DNA of 62,540 nucleotides, the filler included. It is 4 parts of 4 records of this genome, joined end to end, with 100 filler letters (N's around TTAATTAATTAA, not from the genome) between each part and the next. Parts side by side here need not be neighbours in the genome. Positions count along the whole stretch, not along the records: positions 13,145 to 43,167 come from SRR20825006_1563; positions 43,268 to 53,589 come from SRR20825006_1564; 2 more parts are not named here. The stretch is one strand, 5' to 3'. The notes under the pieces are model-generated. The model saw nothing but the letters and a program-made list of their open reading frames with translations. It made no database searches and was not told the origin of the DNA. A program made the translations under genes and the position numbers. Within the stretch, counting starts at the first letter, position 1, and the number at the start of each line of letters is the position of its first letter. This document shows, in pieces, positions 40,036 to 50,000 of the stretch.

Positions 40036-41546
40036 ATTTTTTTTAATTCTTTAAAGATAGTAAAATAAAATGTGCACCCTTTATTAATCTCAGACTCAAT
40101 CCAAATTTTACCTTGGTGCATATCAACAATTTTTTTACAAATAGATAGTCCAATTCCGGTACCTTGATATTCGTCTTTGTTGTGAAGTCTTTGAAAAATA
40201 ACAAAAACCCTATCAAAATATTTTTTATCCATACCAATACCATTATCCTTAACAGAAAATAGCCAATAATCTGGCTGCTCATCAACTTTTATTTGAATAT
40301 GCGGTGCGGTATCAGCTATTCTAAATTTCAACCCGTTGTTGATTAAATTTTGAAAAAGTTGTTTCAATTCAATCCCTAAGCCCATTACTGTTGGTAAGTT
40401 ATCATACTCTATTGTTGCATTTGTGTCTTTTATTATCAATTCATGATCTAATAGAATATCATTTACTATTTTATTAATGTCTACAGGTGTTACTTCTTTT
40501 ACTTTCCCAATTTTTGAATAGTCTAATAAGTCTTTTATGAGGGTTTTCATTCTTAAAGACGCCTTTTCAATATGGTTCATATATTTTATAGCGTTGCTGT
40601 CTAATTGATCAATATATAATTCACTAATTAGTCCAATATAACTAGACATTGTTCGAAGTGGTTCTTGAAGATCATGTGAAGCTACATACACAAATTGTTC
40701 AAGTTCTTTATTAACAGATTTTATTTCTTCAATCTGTTTCTCTTGCTCTGTAAAACTTATTTTTAGTTCTTGAGCCATAGCGTTGAATGATTTTCCTAAA
40801 TCTGCTAATTCATTTTTTCCTTCAATTTCAATACGCTCATCTAAATTTCCTTTGCTCATTTTAAATGCGGCTTTTTTCAACTTATATATGGGTTCAGAAA
40901 TAGTATAAGTAATTTGAACTGTAATGAGAATGGCAAGTAAAATTCCGACAAGACCTGTGATTAAAATAATATTTGAGACAGATTTTAAATTACTTGAAAG
41001 TTCAGCGTTATAACTATCAAAAGCGCGTGAATAATTTAAATTGAGATGATCAATGTAATTATCGATTGATATATTAAGATTCGAAATTTTATCGTTATAA
41101 ATGGCTAATGCAAGGTCTACATTGGCTTCATTTTCAATTTTACTATTGAAAAGACTTCTAAATTTAACAGTATTGGCAGTTAATGCTTCAGTGTCCTTGA
41201 TTAATTTTTCTAATAAAACGCTATCAGTACTGTCTTCAGGCAAATCTTCTTTTAGAACAGACAATTGTTTTTGTATAAACGTGAGTTCCACTTCTACAAT
41301 TCCCTTTACTCTATTAATTGTGCTAATCTTATCGTCTCCATTTATTCTATTGGTTAAAAGAAGGTCTAGTTCTTTATTGATAGATTCATACTTGTGTAGT
41401 ACAGTAATTGCTGGATTTATTTTTGATTGAAGTGTATTGTAGGTTTGAGTCGCTCTGTTTGAAATAACTTGATTAAGAATAATTTCACCTAGTAAAATAA
41501 CTATTAATACACCAAAAGCAAGGATTAATTTATTTAGTATTTTCAT
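40032..41546 (-). CDS. Membrane sensor histidine kinase (periplasmic helical sensor, HAMP, HisKA, HATPase)
   Basis: Two TMs, HAMP (GKNELADLGKSFNAM), ASHDLQEPLR, QNLINNG, DNGIG, FQRLH, GTGIGL. Confidence 0.94.
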   Translation of the reverse strand: MKILNKLILAFGVLIVILLGEIILNQVISNRATQTYNTLQSKINPAITVLHKYESINKELDLLLTNRINGDDKISTINRVKGIVEVELTFIQKQLSVLKEDLPEDSTDSVLLEKLIKDTEALTANTVKFRSLFNSKIENEANVDLALAIYNDKISNLNISIDNYIDHLNLNYSRAFDSYNAELSSNLKSVSNIILITGLVGILLAILITVQITYTISEPIYKLKKAAFKMSKGNLDERIEIEGKNELADLGKSFNAMAQELKISFTEQEKQIEEIKSVNKELEQFVYVASHDLQEPLRTMSSYIGLISELYIDQLDSNAIKYMNHIEKASLRMKTLIKDLLDYSKIGKVKEVTPVDINKIVNDILLDHELIIKDTNATIEYDNLPTVMGLGIELKQLFQNLINNGLKFRIADTAPHIQIKVDEQPDYWLFSVKDNGIGMDKKYFDRVFVIFQRLHNKDEYQGTGIGLSICKKIVDMHQGKIWIESEINKGCTFYFTIFKELKKI

Positions 41547-41558
41547 AGTGAAATTGTA

Positions 41559-42710
41559 TTATCTTTTAATTTTGGTAAGTGGGTTTTCTTTAGACCCAAA
41601 CTTATATAATGAAAAGTATATGCCTTTGGAAGTTCCATTATCCTTAATAGCAATATTGCCGCAAATACCCTGATAATAATTTACTTCATAAAGGGCTTCT
41701 CTCAGCCAATCGTCAAAAGCTATGTTTTTATCCTTACTTTTATTAATAGTTCTAAGTTTACTTAGCATTATATTCATTGCATCATAAGCTTGCATGGGAG
41801 GCCAAATGGAAGAAGGTTTTTCAATAAACCTATTTTCATAACTTGTTAGAAATTCAGCAGCGCGCGAATAATTACCGTCAGATTGCGTAAAGAAGGGGAA
41901 TTCAGTACCTACTATTGCTCCTTCAGAATTGCTGTAAAATTCTGGGTCAAGTAAAACAGTTGATCCAAAAAATGGAGCTGTAATACCCATATCCCTCGCT
42001 TCTTTCATTGCAAAACCAAATTCCTTATAACCAAAAAACACATAAGCGTCGTAATTTTCGTTTTTAAGAAGTTTTAATTGGTCTGTAAATGTAGTTTGTC
42101 CGGCTTTTACTGGGATTATTTTTATTTCAACCTTAGATAAATCCAATAGTCTTTTAACTTCTTTTGTTGCATTAGTCATATAATCATTTGGAAATTGAAA
42201 TACAGCAACTTTTTTGAGTCCTAATTCTATAATCCGAACAGCAACCAGCCTATTGGTTTCTTCTGTAGATTTAGCAATATTGAAAACATTATTATTAAAT
42301 GAGTTGAATAATTCGCCGTTATTTAAAGGATTTACTAATATTACTTCATCTTCCAAAATTTTCTTTTGTACGCTAACTGTACCGTCAGTATTACTAATAA
42401 ATAAGACACTAATATCGTGTTCTTTTCGTAGCTTTTCATAAGCAGGGATAGCATTGTCCTTGTCCCATTTATCATCTTCAATGTACAAATTAACCTTTGG
42501 CTCGGTTTCTAATCGGTTTGAATTATACTGTTCTATAGCTAATTGCATAGCGTTTGAAGGCGCTATCCCTAAATCTGTAGCTCTTACAGTGAGTGGTCCA
42601 ATATACCCAATGTTTATTTCGGCTACTTTATTTGTTTCACAACCGTAAAAGCTTAAGTAAATTAATATTGAAGCAATAAAAACTAAGGGCAATGAGTTGT
42701 TTTTTTTCAT
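41559..42710 (-). CDS. LivJ-like (type I) periplasmic ligand-binding lipoprotein
   Basis: Lipobox-like FYGC; IGYIGPLT, QLAIEQYN, EDD, AYDAM, YQGICG motifs of branched-chain amino acid SBP family; no transporter genes adjacent. Confidence 0.8.
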   Translation of the reverse strand: MKKNNSLPLVFIASILIYLSFYGCETNKVAEINIGYIGPLTVRATDLGIAPSNAMQLAIEQYNSNRLETEPKVNLYIEDDKWDKDNAIPAYEKLRKEHDISVLFISNTDGTVSVQKKILEDEVILVNPLNNGELFNSFNNNVFNIAKSTEETNRLVAVRIIELGLKKVAVFQFPNDYMTNATKEVKRLLDLSKVEIKIIPVKAGQTTFTDQLKLLKNENYDAYVFFGYKEFGFAMKEARDMGITAPFFGSTVLLDPEFYSNSEGAIVGTEFPFFTQSDGNYSRAAEFLTSYENRFIEKPSSIWPPMQAYDAMNIMLSKLRTINKSKDKNIAFDDWLREALYEVNYYQGICGNIAIKDNGTSKGIYFSLYKFGSKENPLTKIKR

Positions 42711-43082
42711 CTTTTAATACTACTTTATATAATAAACCACGGCTTAGGTTTTTAATTTTTTTTAAAAATTAATTTGAAGGTTTTTTATCTAATAAATTAA
42801 TTAGATAAAACGACTTAAATTTACTAATAATCTGAAAATCAAATACTTAATACTGAGTTCTTATTGTTTTTAATATGTTTCTTTTGTAAGAACTCCTAAG
42901 ATATAAACAATTAAAAAAAATTACAGGATTTATTTAAAGTATATCCATATTTAAGTTGAAAAAACGGTTTACTACGAGAAAATTTTGAAAAGATTATTAA
43001 AGAAGCTTTCTTACAAGTTGAATATAATTCGAAATAGTTTTTTTATTACAATATACTATTAAATGTTATTGCAAAAAATAAA

Positions 43083-43115
43083 AAAACCCGATAAACATAG
43101 TGTTTATCGGGTTTT
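43083..43115 (-). terminator. Hairpin terminator downstream of tRNA
   Basis: 15-bp perfect stem AAAACCCGATAAACA-TAG-TGTTTATCGGGTTTT. Confidence 0.75.
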
Positions 43116-43139
43116 AGGTGAGATTTGATAATCTCTAAG

Positions 43140-43167
43140 CGGAGAAAGAGGGATTCGAACCCCCGGA
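43140..43167 (-). tRNA. 3' end of tRNA-Ser (cut by contig end)
   Basis: Minus strand TCCGGGGGTTCGAATCCCTCTTTCTCCG: T-arm GTTCGAATC, acceptor strand TTTCTCC and discriminator G (Ser-type). Anticodon is not visible, so identity is inferred. Confidence 0.75.
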
Positions 43168-43267
43168 NNNNNNNNNNNNNNNNNNNNNNNNNNNNNNNNN
43201 NNNNNNNNNNNTTAATTAATTAANNNNNNNNNNNNNNNNNNNNNNNNNNNNNNNNNNNNNNNNNNNN
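43168..43267. other. Artificial contig spacer
   Basis: N44-TTAATTAATTAA-N44; abrupt AT-rich to GC-rich switch across it. Confidence 0.98.
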
Positions 43268-43314
43268 TCGGGTTAACGAAAAACCGGATTCCACTTTTTC
43301 GCCCGACGCTCTAG
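43268..43314. repeat. Half of an alphaproteobacterial palindromic repeat (CIR/BRU-RS/RPE-like)
   Basis: GAAAAACCGGATTCCACTTTTTCGCCCGACGCTCTAG; minus strand encodes LERRAKKWNPVFR, the KWxPVFR hallmark; located at contig break. Confidence 0.65.
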
Positions 43315-43341
43315 CATAACCCTTTCCGAATGGAGGTCTCC

Positions 43342-43488
43342 ATGGCCAAAGGCCAGAAGCGCAGCAGTCGCGAAATCAGAAAACCCAAAAAAGAAAAAGC
43401 CGCTGCAGCCCCCGCAGCGCCGCTTCTCGGCTCTCAGGTACGCGAAGCCGGAAACAACAACAAGGTCCGCGACAAGCCGAAGGGCTGA
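43342..43488 (+). CDS. Small basic protein, 48 aa (not in ORF track)
   Basis: GGAGG RBS at 43332-43336; MAKGQKRSSREIRKPKKEKAAAAPAAPLLGSQVREAGNNNKVRDKPKG*. Confidence 0.75.
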   Translation: MAKGQKRSSREIRKPKKEKAAAAPAAPLLGSQVREAGNNNKVRDKPKG

Positions 43489-43523
43489 ACCCGCACCGCC
43501 CCTTTTCAAGGATATACCCGACC

Positions 43524-43778
43524 ATGGCACTCGATTTCCCCAATCAAAGCCGCAGCTACGACAAAGCCGGTCATCGCATCCGTTTCACCGGCCATGACGG
43601 TATGTTCGAGGTGATGTTCTTTATCAGGGCCGATGCGCTCAAATATCCCGAAGATGGCGAAGCGAACTACCTCGCCGCCTTCGACGCGGCACGATCCAGG
43701 ATCTATGCTGCTGCCCGCAAAATGTACGCCAGAGGCCGCAAGGCCATGTACGTGATGACGGCGGCTGACTTCGCCTGA
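43524..43778 (+). CDS. DUF1488 family protein
   Basis: MALDFPNQSRSYD...IRFTGHDGMFEV.F...AAFDAARSRI..AA. Confidence 0.85.
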   Translation: MALDFPNQSRSYDKAGHRIRFTGHDGMFEVMFFIRADALKYPEDGEANYLAAFDAARSRIYAAARKMYARGRKAMYVMTAADFA

Positions 43779-44019
43779 CCGGCAAGGGCAATGAAACGTC
43801 CGACGGCGCGTTCAGCCGATTGCCTGTCGAAACTTTCGCGAAGGGCACATCCGGCGCGTTTGTCCTGCTGCAACCTCTGAAAGAACATGCCGCGACATCG
43901 CATCATTATGTGAAGTCAGATCTGTCCGGGCCGGATAACCGGAGGACCGCATTGGCGACGTAACAAAAGCTCACCGCGTGAACTCCGTTCACGCCCGGCA
44001 GAAAAGGCACGTCTTGAAA

Positions 44020-47000
44020 ATGAACCTCAAATTCCCAGGCGCCCGCATTGCATCCCCGCTCTGGAACGACCGTGCACCCGTCAGACAGGAGCTTTTCAGC
44101 ACCGAACGGCTGGAACAGCACGCCATCAGCCTTGCGGCAGCTCAGCCGGTGTCAGGCAAGGCACCCGCCGTCATGTCCCTGCACAAAAGGCTCAGTCGCA
44201 ATGCCTCTGTCCTGCTGTCCGCATACCGGGCGAGCATCGCCGAACTGAAGAACGGGCGGGAGGTGGTGCCGGCGGCCGAATGGCTTCTCGATAACTATCA
44301 TCTGGTCGAAGAGCAGATTCAGGAGATCAGAAATGACCTGCCGCCCGGCTATTATCGCCAGTTGCCGAAACTGGCAAATGGCCCGTTCGCCGGCTATCCA
44401 AGGGTTCTGGAACTGGCCTGGGCCTTTGTCGCGCATACCGACAGCTTGTTCGACCGGGACAAGCTGAAACGGTTTCTGACAGCCTATCAGCAGGTTCAGC
44501 CGCTGACCATCGGCGAATTATGGGCGGTGGCAATCACATTGCGGTTTGTCCTCATCGAGAATCTGCGGCGGCTGGCCGACCAGATCACCGCAGGTGACGC
44601 GGCGCGGGCCGAAGCGTCGGCGCTGAGCGCGAGGCTGCTTGATCCGGAGGCCGAAGAGGCTGCTTTCGCAGTCGACATTGCCGCGCATGCGAAGGCTCCC
44701 TTACCCGAACTCTTTGCCGCGCATCTGGCCAAGCGACTCCGGAACCGGGACCCCTCGACCACACCGGCACTGGCGTGGCTGGAGGAAAAGCTGGCGCAGC
44801 AAGGATCGTCGATCGAGGAGGCCGTCCAGCATTCCCAGCAAAGACAGGGCGCATCGAATGTCACCGTGCGCAATATCATTACAAGCATCAGGCTGATTTC
44901 CGATATCGACTGGACGGAAATGTTCGAAAGCGTCAGCCTGGTCGACGCGCGGATGCGCCAGGCCAGCCCTTTCGAGGAGATGGACTTTCCAACCCGCGAT
45001 CTCTACAGAAAGGCGATCGAGCAACTTGCACGCGGATCGTCGCTCACCGAGCTGGAAATTACCGAAAAAGCCCTTGATACGGCTCGGGGATCGGCATCAG
45101 ACCAAAGCAACGCGATCGAGGCGGCACGCTCCGCCGATCCGGGCTATCACCTGATTTCCGAAGGCCGGCCCGCGCTTGAACGCGCGATCGGGTTTCGCCC
45201 GCCGGTGCGCCTCTGGCTCGGTCGTCTCAATATGCGGCTCGGAATCGCCGGCTATGTTGGGTCCAGCCTGATCGTCACGGCAATACTGTTGTTTCTGTCG
45301 CTGCTCTTATTGTCACGGACTGGGCTCGCGGCGGGTTGGCTGGTGATGTTTGCAGCCCTCGGATTTCTGCCTGCCACCGAGGTGGCAACCGCCATCGTCA
45401 ATCGGGTGATGAGCTGGTTTTCCGGGGCGACCATTCTGCCCGGCCTCTCCCTCAGACAGGGCGTGCCGCCGTCGCTGCGCACGCTCGTCGCCGTTCCCAC
45501 GCTGCTGACAAGCGAAGCGGATATTCTGGAGCAGGTCGAACGCCTTGAAGTCCATCATCTCTCCGGCGCCGGCGGCGATCTCGTCTTCGCGCTTGTGACG
45601 GACGGAATCGATGCCGATCATGAAAGCATCGAACCGGATGAACGACTGCTGGCCGTGGCCGCCGATGCGATCGCCCGGCTGAACGCACAACACGAACCGG
45701 TCAATGGCGGCAACCGTTTTCTGCTCCTGCATCGCCGCCGCCTGTTCAATGCCGAAGAAGGCAAATGGATGGGCTGGGAACGCAAGCGCGGCAAGCTTCA
45801 TGAACTCAACCGCCTGCTGCGCGGAGCCGATGACACGAGCTTCACGCCGGTCGCGGGATCGCCACCGCAAGTGCCGGTCGATGTACGCTACGTCATCACA
45901 CTCGACGCCGACACGCGCCTTCCGCGCGATGCGGCGCAACGCCTCGTCGGAAAAATGGCGCACCCGCTCAACCGCCCGCGCTTCAGCGAGGCGGAACAGC
46001 GGATCGTCGATGGATACGGCATTCTCCAGCCACGTGTAACGCCCTCGTTGCCGGTCGGCCAGGAAGGCTCCCTGTATCAGCGCGTCTTTTCCGCGCCGGG
46101 CGGCATCGATCCTTACGCGGCGGCGGCCTCGAATGTCTATCAGGATCTTTTCGGCGTGGGCGCTTATACCGGCAAGGGCATTTATGATATCGATGCGTTC
46201 GAAAGCGCGCTGTCCGACCGCGTGCCGGACAATGCGATGCTCAGCCACGACCTTTTCGAGGGCGCCTTCGCACGTGCCGGACTGGCCTCCGATGTCGAGG
46301 TCATCGAGGAATTTCCCGCCCGCTATGATGTTGACGCCAGGCGCCAGCACCGCTGGACGCGCGGCGACTGGCAGCTTCTGCCATGGCTGACCGGACAACA
46401 GAAGAAAAACGGTGCGGTTCCCGCTGTCGGTCGCGGCATGATGATCGACAATCTCAAGCGCTCGCTGGCAGCGCCGCTGACGGTGCTGGCCTTCGCTCTC
46501 GCCTGGCTGATGCCGCTGCCTGCGGCATTGACGGCGACCGCGCTGCTCATCGCCGCCATGGCGATCCCCGCATTTCTCCCCATCCTCTTCACCCTCATAC
46601 CGCAAAACAGCGGCACTCATGTGCGCAGTCACCTCGCCGCGCTCGGCGCGGATCTGCGCCTTGCGGCGCTGCGAACATGTCTTGATCTCGCCTTCCTGCC
46701 GGATCGGGCATGGCGGATGACGGATGCCATCGCGAGAACGCTGATACGGCTCTACCGAACCCGCCGCCACCTTCTCGAATGGACCACCTCCGCCCAGTCG
46801 CAGGGGAGCCCGCGTCTGGATGCCGCCGGCTTCTATCGTCGCATGGCGCCGGGCACTCTGATCGGCCTCGCCATCGCCGCAGCGGCAAGTCTGTTGACAC
46901 CTTCGTCCTTGCTGCTCGTTCTACCATTCGCGCTTCTATGGCTTATGGCGCCCGCAATCGCCCTCTGGATCAGCCGGCCACCGGTCGAAGGGGCCGGTCC

Positions 47001-50000
47001 CGCCATCTCTGATCAGCAGGCAGACGAACTGCGGCTGATCGCCCGCCGCACCTGGCGCTTCTTCGAGACCTTCGTGACGCCCGAAAGCAACATGTTGCCG
47101 CCCGACAACTTTCAGGAGGATCCCAAGCCCGTCATCGCCAGACGGACGTCTCCGACCAATATCGGCCTCTATCTCCTTTCCGCCGTGGCGGCCCGCGATT
47201 TCGGCTGGGCCGGCAAGGCCGAGACCGTCGAAAGGCTTGAGGCCACGCTGAAGACGATGAGAGCACTCTCAAAACACAGAGGCCACTTTTTCAACTGGTA
47301 TGCGACAGATGACATGCGCGTCCTCGATCCCGCCTATGTCTCGTCTGTCGACAGCGGCAATCTCGCCGGGCACCTGATCGCCCTCGCCAGTGCCTGCGAG
47401 GCGTGGGTCGAGACAGACGACGTGTCGAATGTCCGGGCAGGCATGAACGATAGCCTGGTCCTCGCCCGGCAGTCATTTGACGCAATTGCCGGAAGCGGTC
47501 AGCAGGGTGACGGGCACCTCACGCCCGTGCTCGACGACATCGAGGCCCGGCTGAACGGCTCGCTGTCCCTTGAAACGGCTGAACCCATGCTGATGCGGCT
47601 TGCCGACAAGGCCGCCGCCATTGCGCGGGAGATGGTTCCGATAAGCCGGGAGGCTGCATGTTCCGACCTCATTTTCTGGCTCGAGGCCCTGAAGAAACAG
47701 ATTGCCGAGGATACGCGCGACCGTCTGGGGGATAGCGGCCTGGAACGTCGCCTGGCGGCAATTGCCGCCGAAGCGCGGGCGATGGCGATGGCGATGGATT
47801 TCGCTTTCCTTCTCGATACCGAGCGAAAGCTCCTGTCGATCGGTTACTCGCTCGCCGACAACAACCTCGATGCGAACTGTTACGATCTTCTCGCCTCTGA
47901 AGCGCGGCTCGCAAGCCTGTTTGCCATCGCCAAGGGCGATATCGAAACCCGGCACTGGTTCCTGCTCGGACGCCCGGCGACGCCGCTTTCCGGCGCTTCG
48001 GCACTGGTCTCGTGGTCGGGCTCGATGTTCGAATATCTGATGCCCTCTCTGATCATGCGCGCACCCAAAGGCAGCCTGCTCGCGCAGACCAACCGGCTGG
48101 TGGTCAGACGCCAGCAAGCCTATGCGGAAACGCTCGGCACGCCATGGGGTATTTCCGAATCCGCCTACAATGCCCGTGACACGGAACTGACCTACCAGTA
48201 TTCGAACTTCGGCGTTCCCGGCCTCGGCCTGAAACGCGGCCTTTCCGAAAATGCCGTCATCGCGCCCTATGCGACCGGTCTCGCCACAATGATCGATCCG
48301 GCCGGCGCCTGCGCCAACTACACCCGGCTTGCCGCACTCGGCGCGCTTGGTCCCTATGGTTTCTACGAGGCGTTGGACTTCACAAGCACCCGGCTTCCCG
48401 AAAAGGACAAGGTCGCGATCGTGCGCACGAGCATGGCCCATCACCAGGGCATGACGATTGTCGCAATCGTCAACACGCTCCAGGACGGCATCATGCGCAC
48501 GCGCTTCCACCGCGAACCGATGATCCGCGCCTGCGAACTGTTGCTGCAGGAGCGCATTCCGCGCATTGTGGCGAATGATCATAAAAGGGTCGGCGAAGCA
48601 CCGCTCTCACCCGTCAGATCCTCGCTTGGTCCCGATACATCGCGTCGGATTGCCGCGTCTGTCGCCGGTCCCCCGGTGACGCATCTGCTTTCGAACGGCC
48701 GCTATGCGGTGATGCTGACGGCCACCGGGGCGGGTTACAGCCGCTGGCGCGGCCTTGCGATCACCCGCTGGCACGAAGACGCTACGCGTGATGGCGACGG
48801 ATCGCCCATCTTCATACGCGATGTCCAGAATGGCGCCGTCTGGTCCGCCGGCGCCCGGCCTCTGACCGACAGCAGCGAACATGGCGATGTCGCCTTCGAT
48901 GAAGATCGTGCACGTTTCCTGTCTGTACAGGGCGGCCTGACCACGACAATGGATGTCATGGTTTCCGGCGAGGACGATTGCGAGGTCCGTCGCATTTCCA
49001 TCTCCAACGGCAGCAGGCACACGCGCGAGATCGAGATCACCTCCTATGCCGAACTGGTTCTCGCCCCGGCTTCTGCGGACACCGCCCATCCGGCATTTTC
49101 CAAGATGTTCGTCCAGACCGAATATTCCGCCGAATACGGTGCGCTGATAGCGACCCGACGCCCGCGCACGCCGGAGGAGGTCGGCATCTGGGCCGCCCAT
49201 TTCGCCGTGGCCGAAGGAAAGATCGCTGCCGATCCGCAATTTGAAACCGACAGGGCCCGGTTTATCGGGCGCGGCCGCACGGCCGCCACCGCCGCGGCCA
49301 TGGACACAGACACGCCGCTTTCAAACACGGTCGGCACGGTGCTTGATCCGGTTTTCGCGATCCGGCAACGTGTAACGATCGCTCCCGGAAAGGTTGCCCG
49401 CATCGCTTACTGGACGGTCGTCGCATCGTCCCGGACCGAACTCGTCGACCTGATCGACAGGCATCTCGACCGCAGCGCCTTCGAACGCGCGAAGACACTG
49501 GCATGGACCCAGGCGCAGGTTCAGCTTCGCCACATCGATGTCAGATCCGGCGAGGCGGCGGATTTTCAGCGGCTGGCCGCGCCGATCATCTATGCGGACC
49601 CGCGTTACCGCGCATCCGGAGCCGAAATCGCGCGGGGCGCCGGGCCGCAATCGGGCCTCTGGCATCTGGGCATTTCCGGTGATTTTCCCATCGTGCTGCT
49701 CAGCATTGACGACCCGCACGACATGGCACAGGTCCATCAATTGCTGCGAGCTCACGAATACTGGCGGATGAAGAGCCTTGCTGTCGATCTGGTCATCATC
49801 AACGAGCGTGCCTCCTCCTATACCCAGGACCTGCAGATCGCGATCGAGGCGGCGCATCGCAGCAGCCAGTCGCGGCCGCGCCCCGGGATCGAACTGGCAC
49901 AAGGCTCGGTCTTCGTGCTTCGGGCGGACCTGATGAGCGCCGAGGCGCACGCGCAGCTTCATTCGGTCGCCCGCGTGAAACTGAATGCCCGGCGCGGCCC

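Noticed and set aside
43168-43400. Sharp GC jump beside a tRNA, suggesting an integrated foreign island
   Set aside because: The jump coincides with an artificial spacer, so the two sides are not demonstrably adjacent.
43273-43530. 85-aa minus-strand ORF ending KKWNPVFR
   Set aside because: Antisense to the RBS-supported 48-aa peptide; its tail is simply the translated repeat element.
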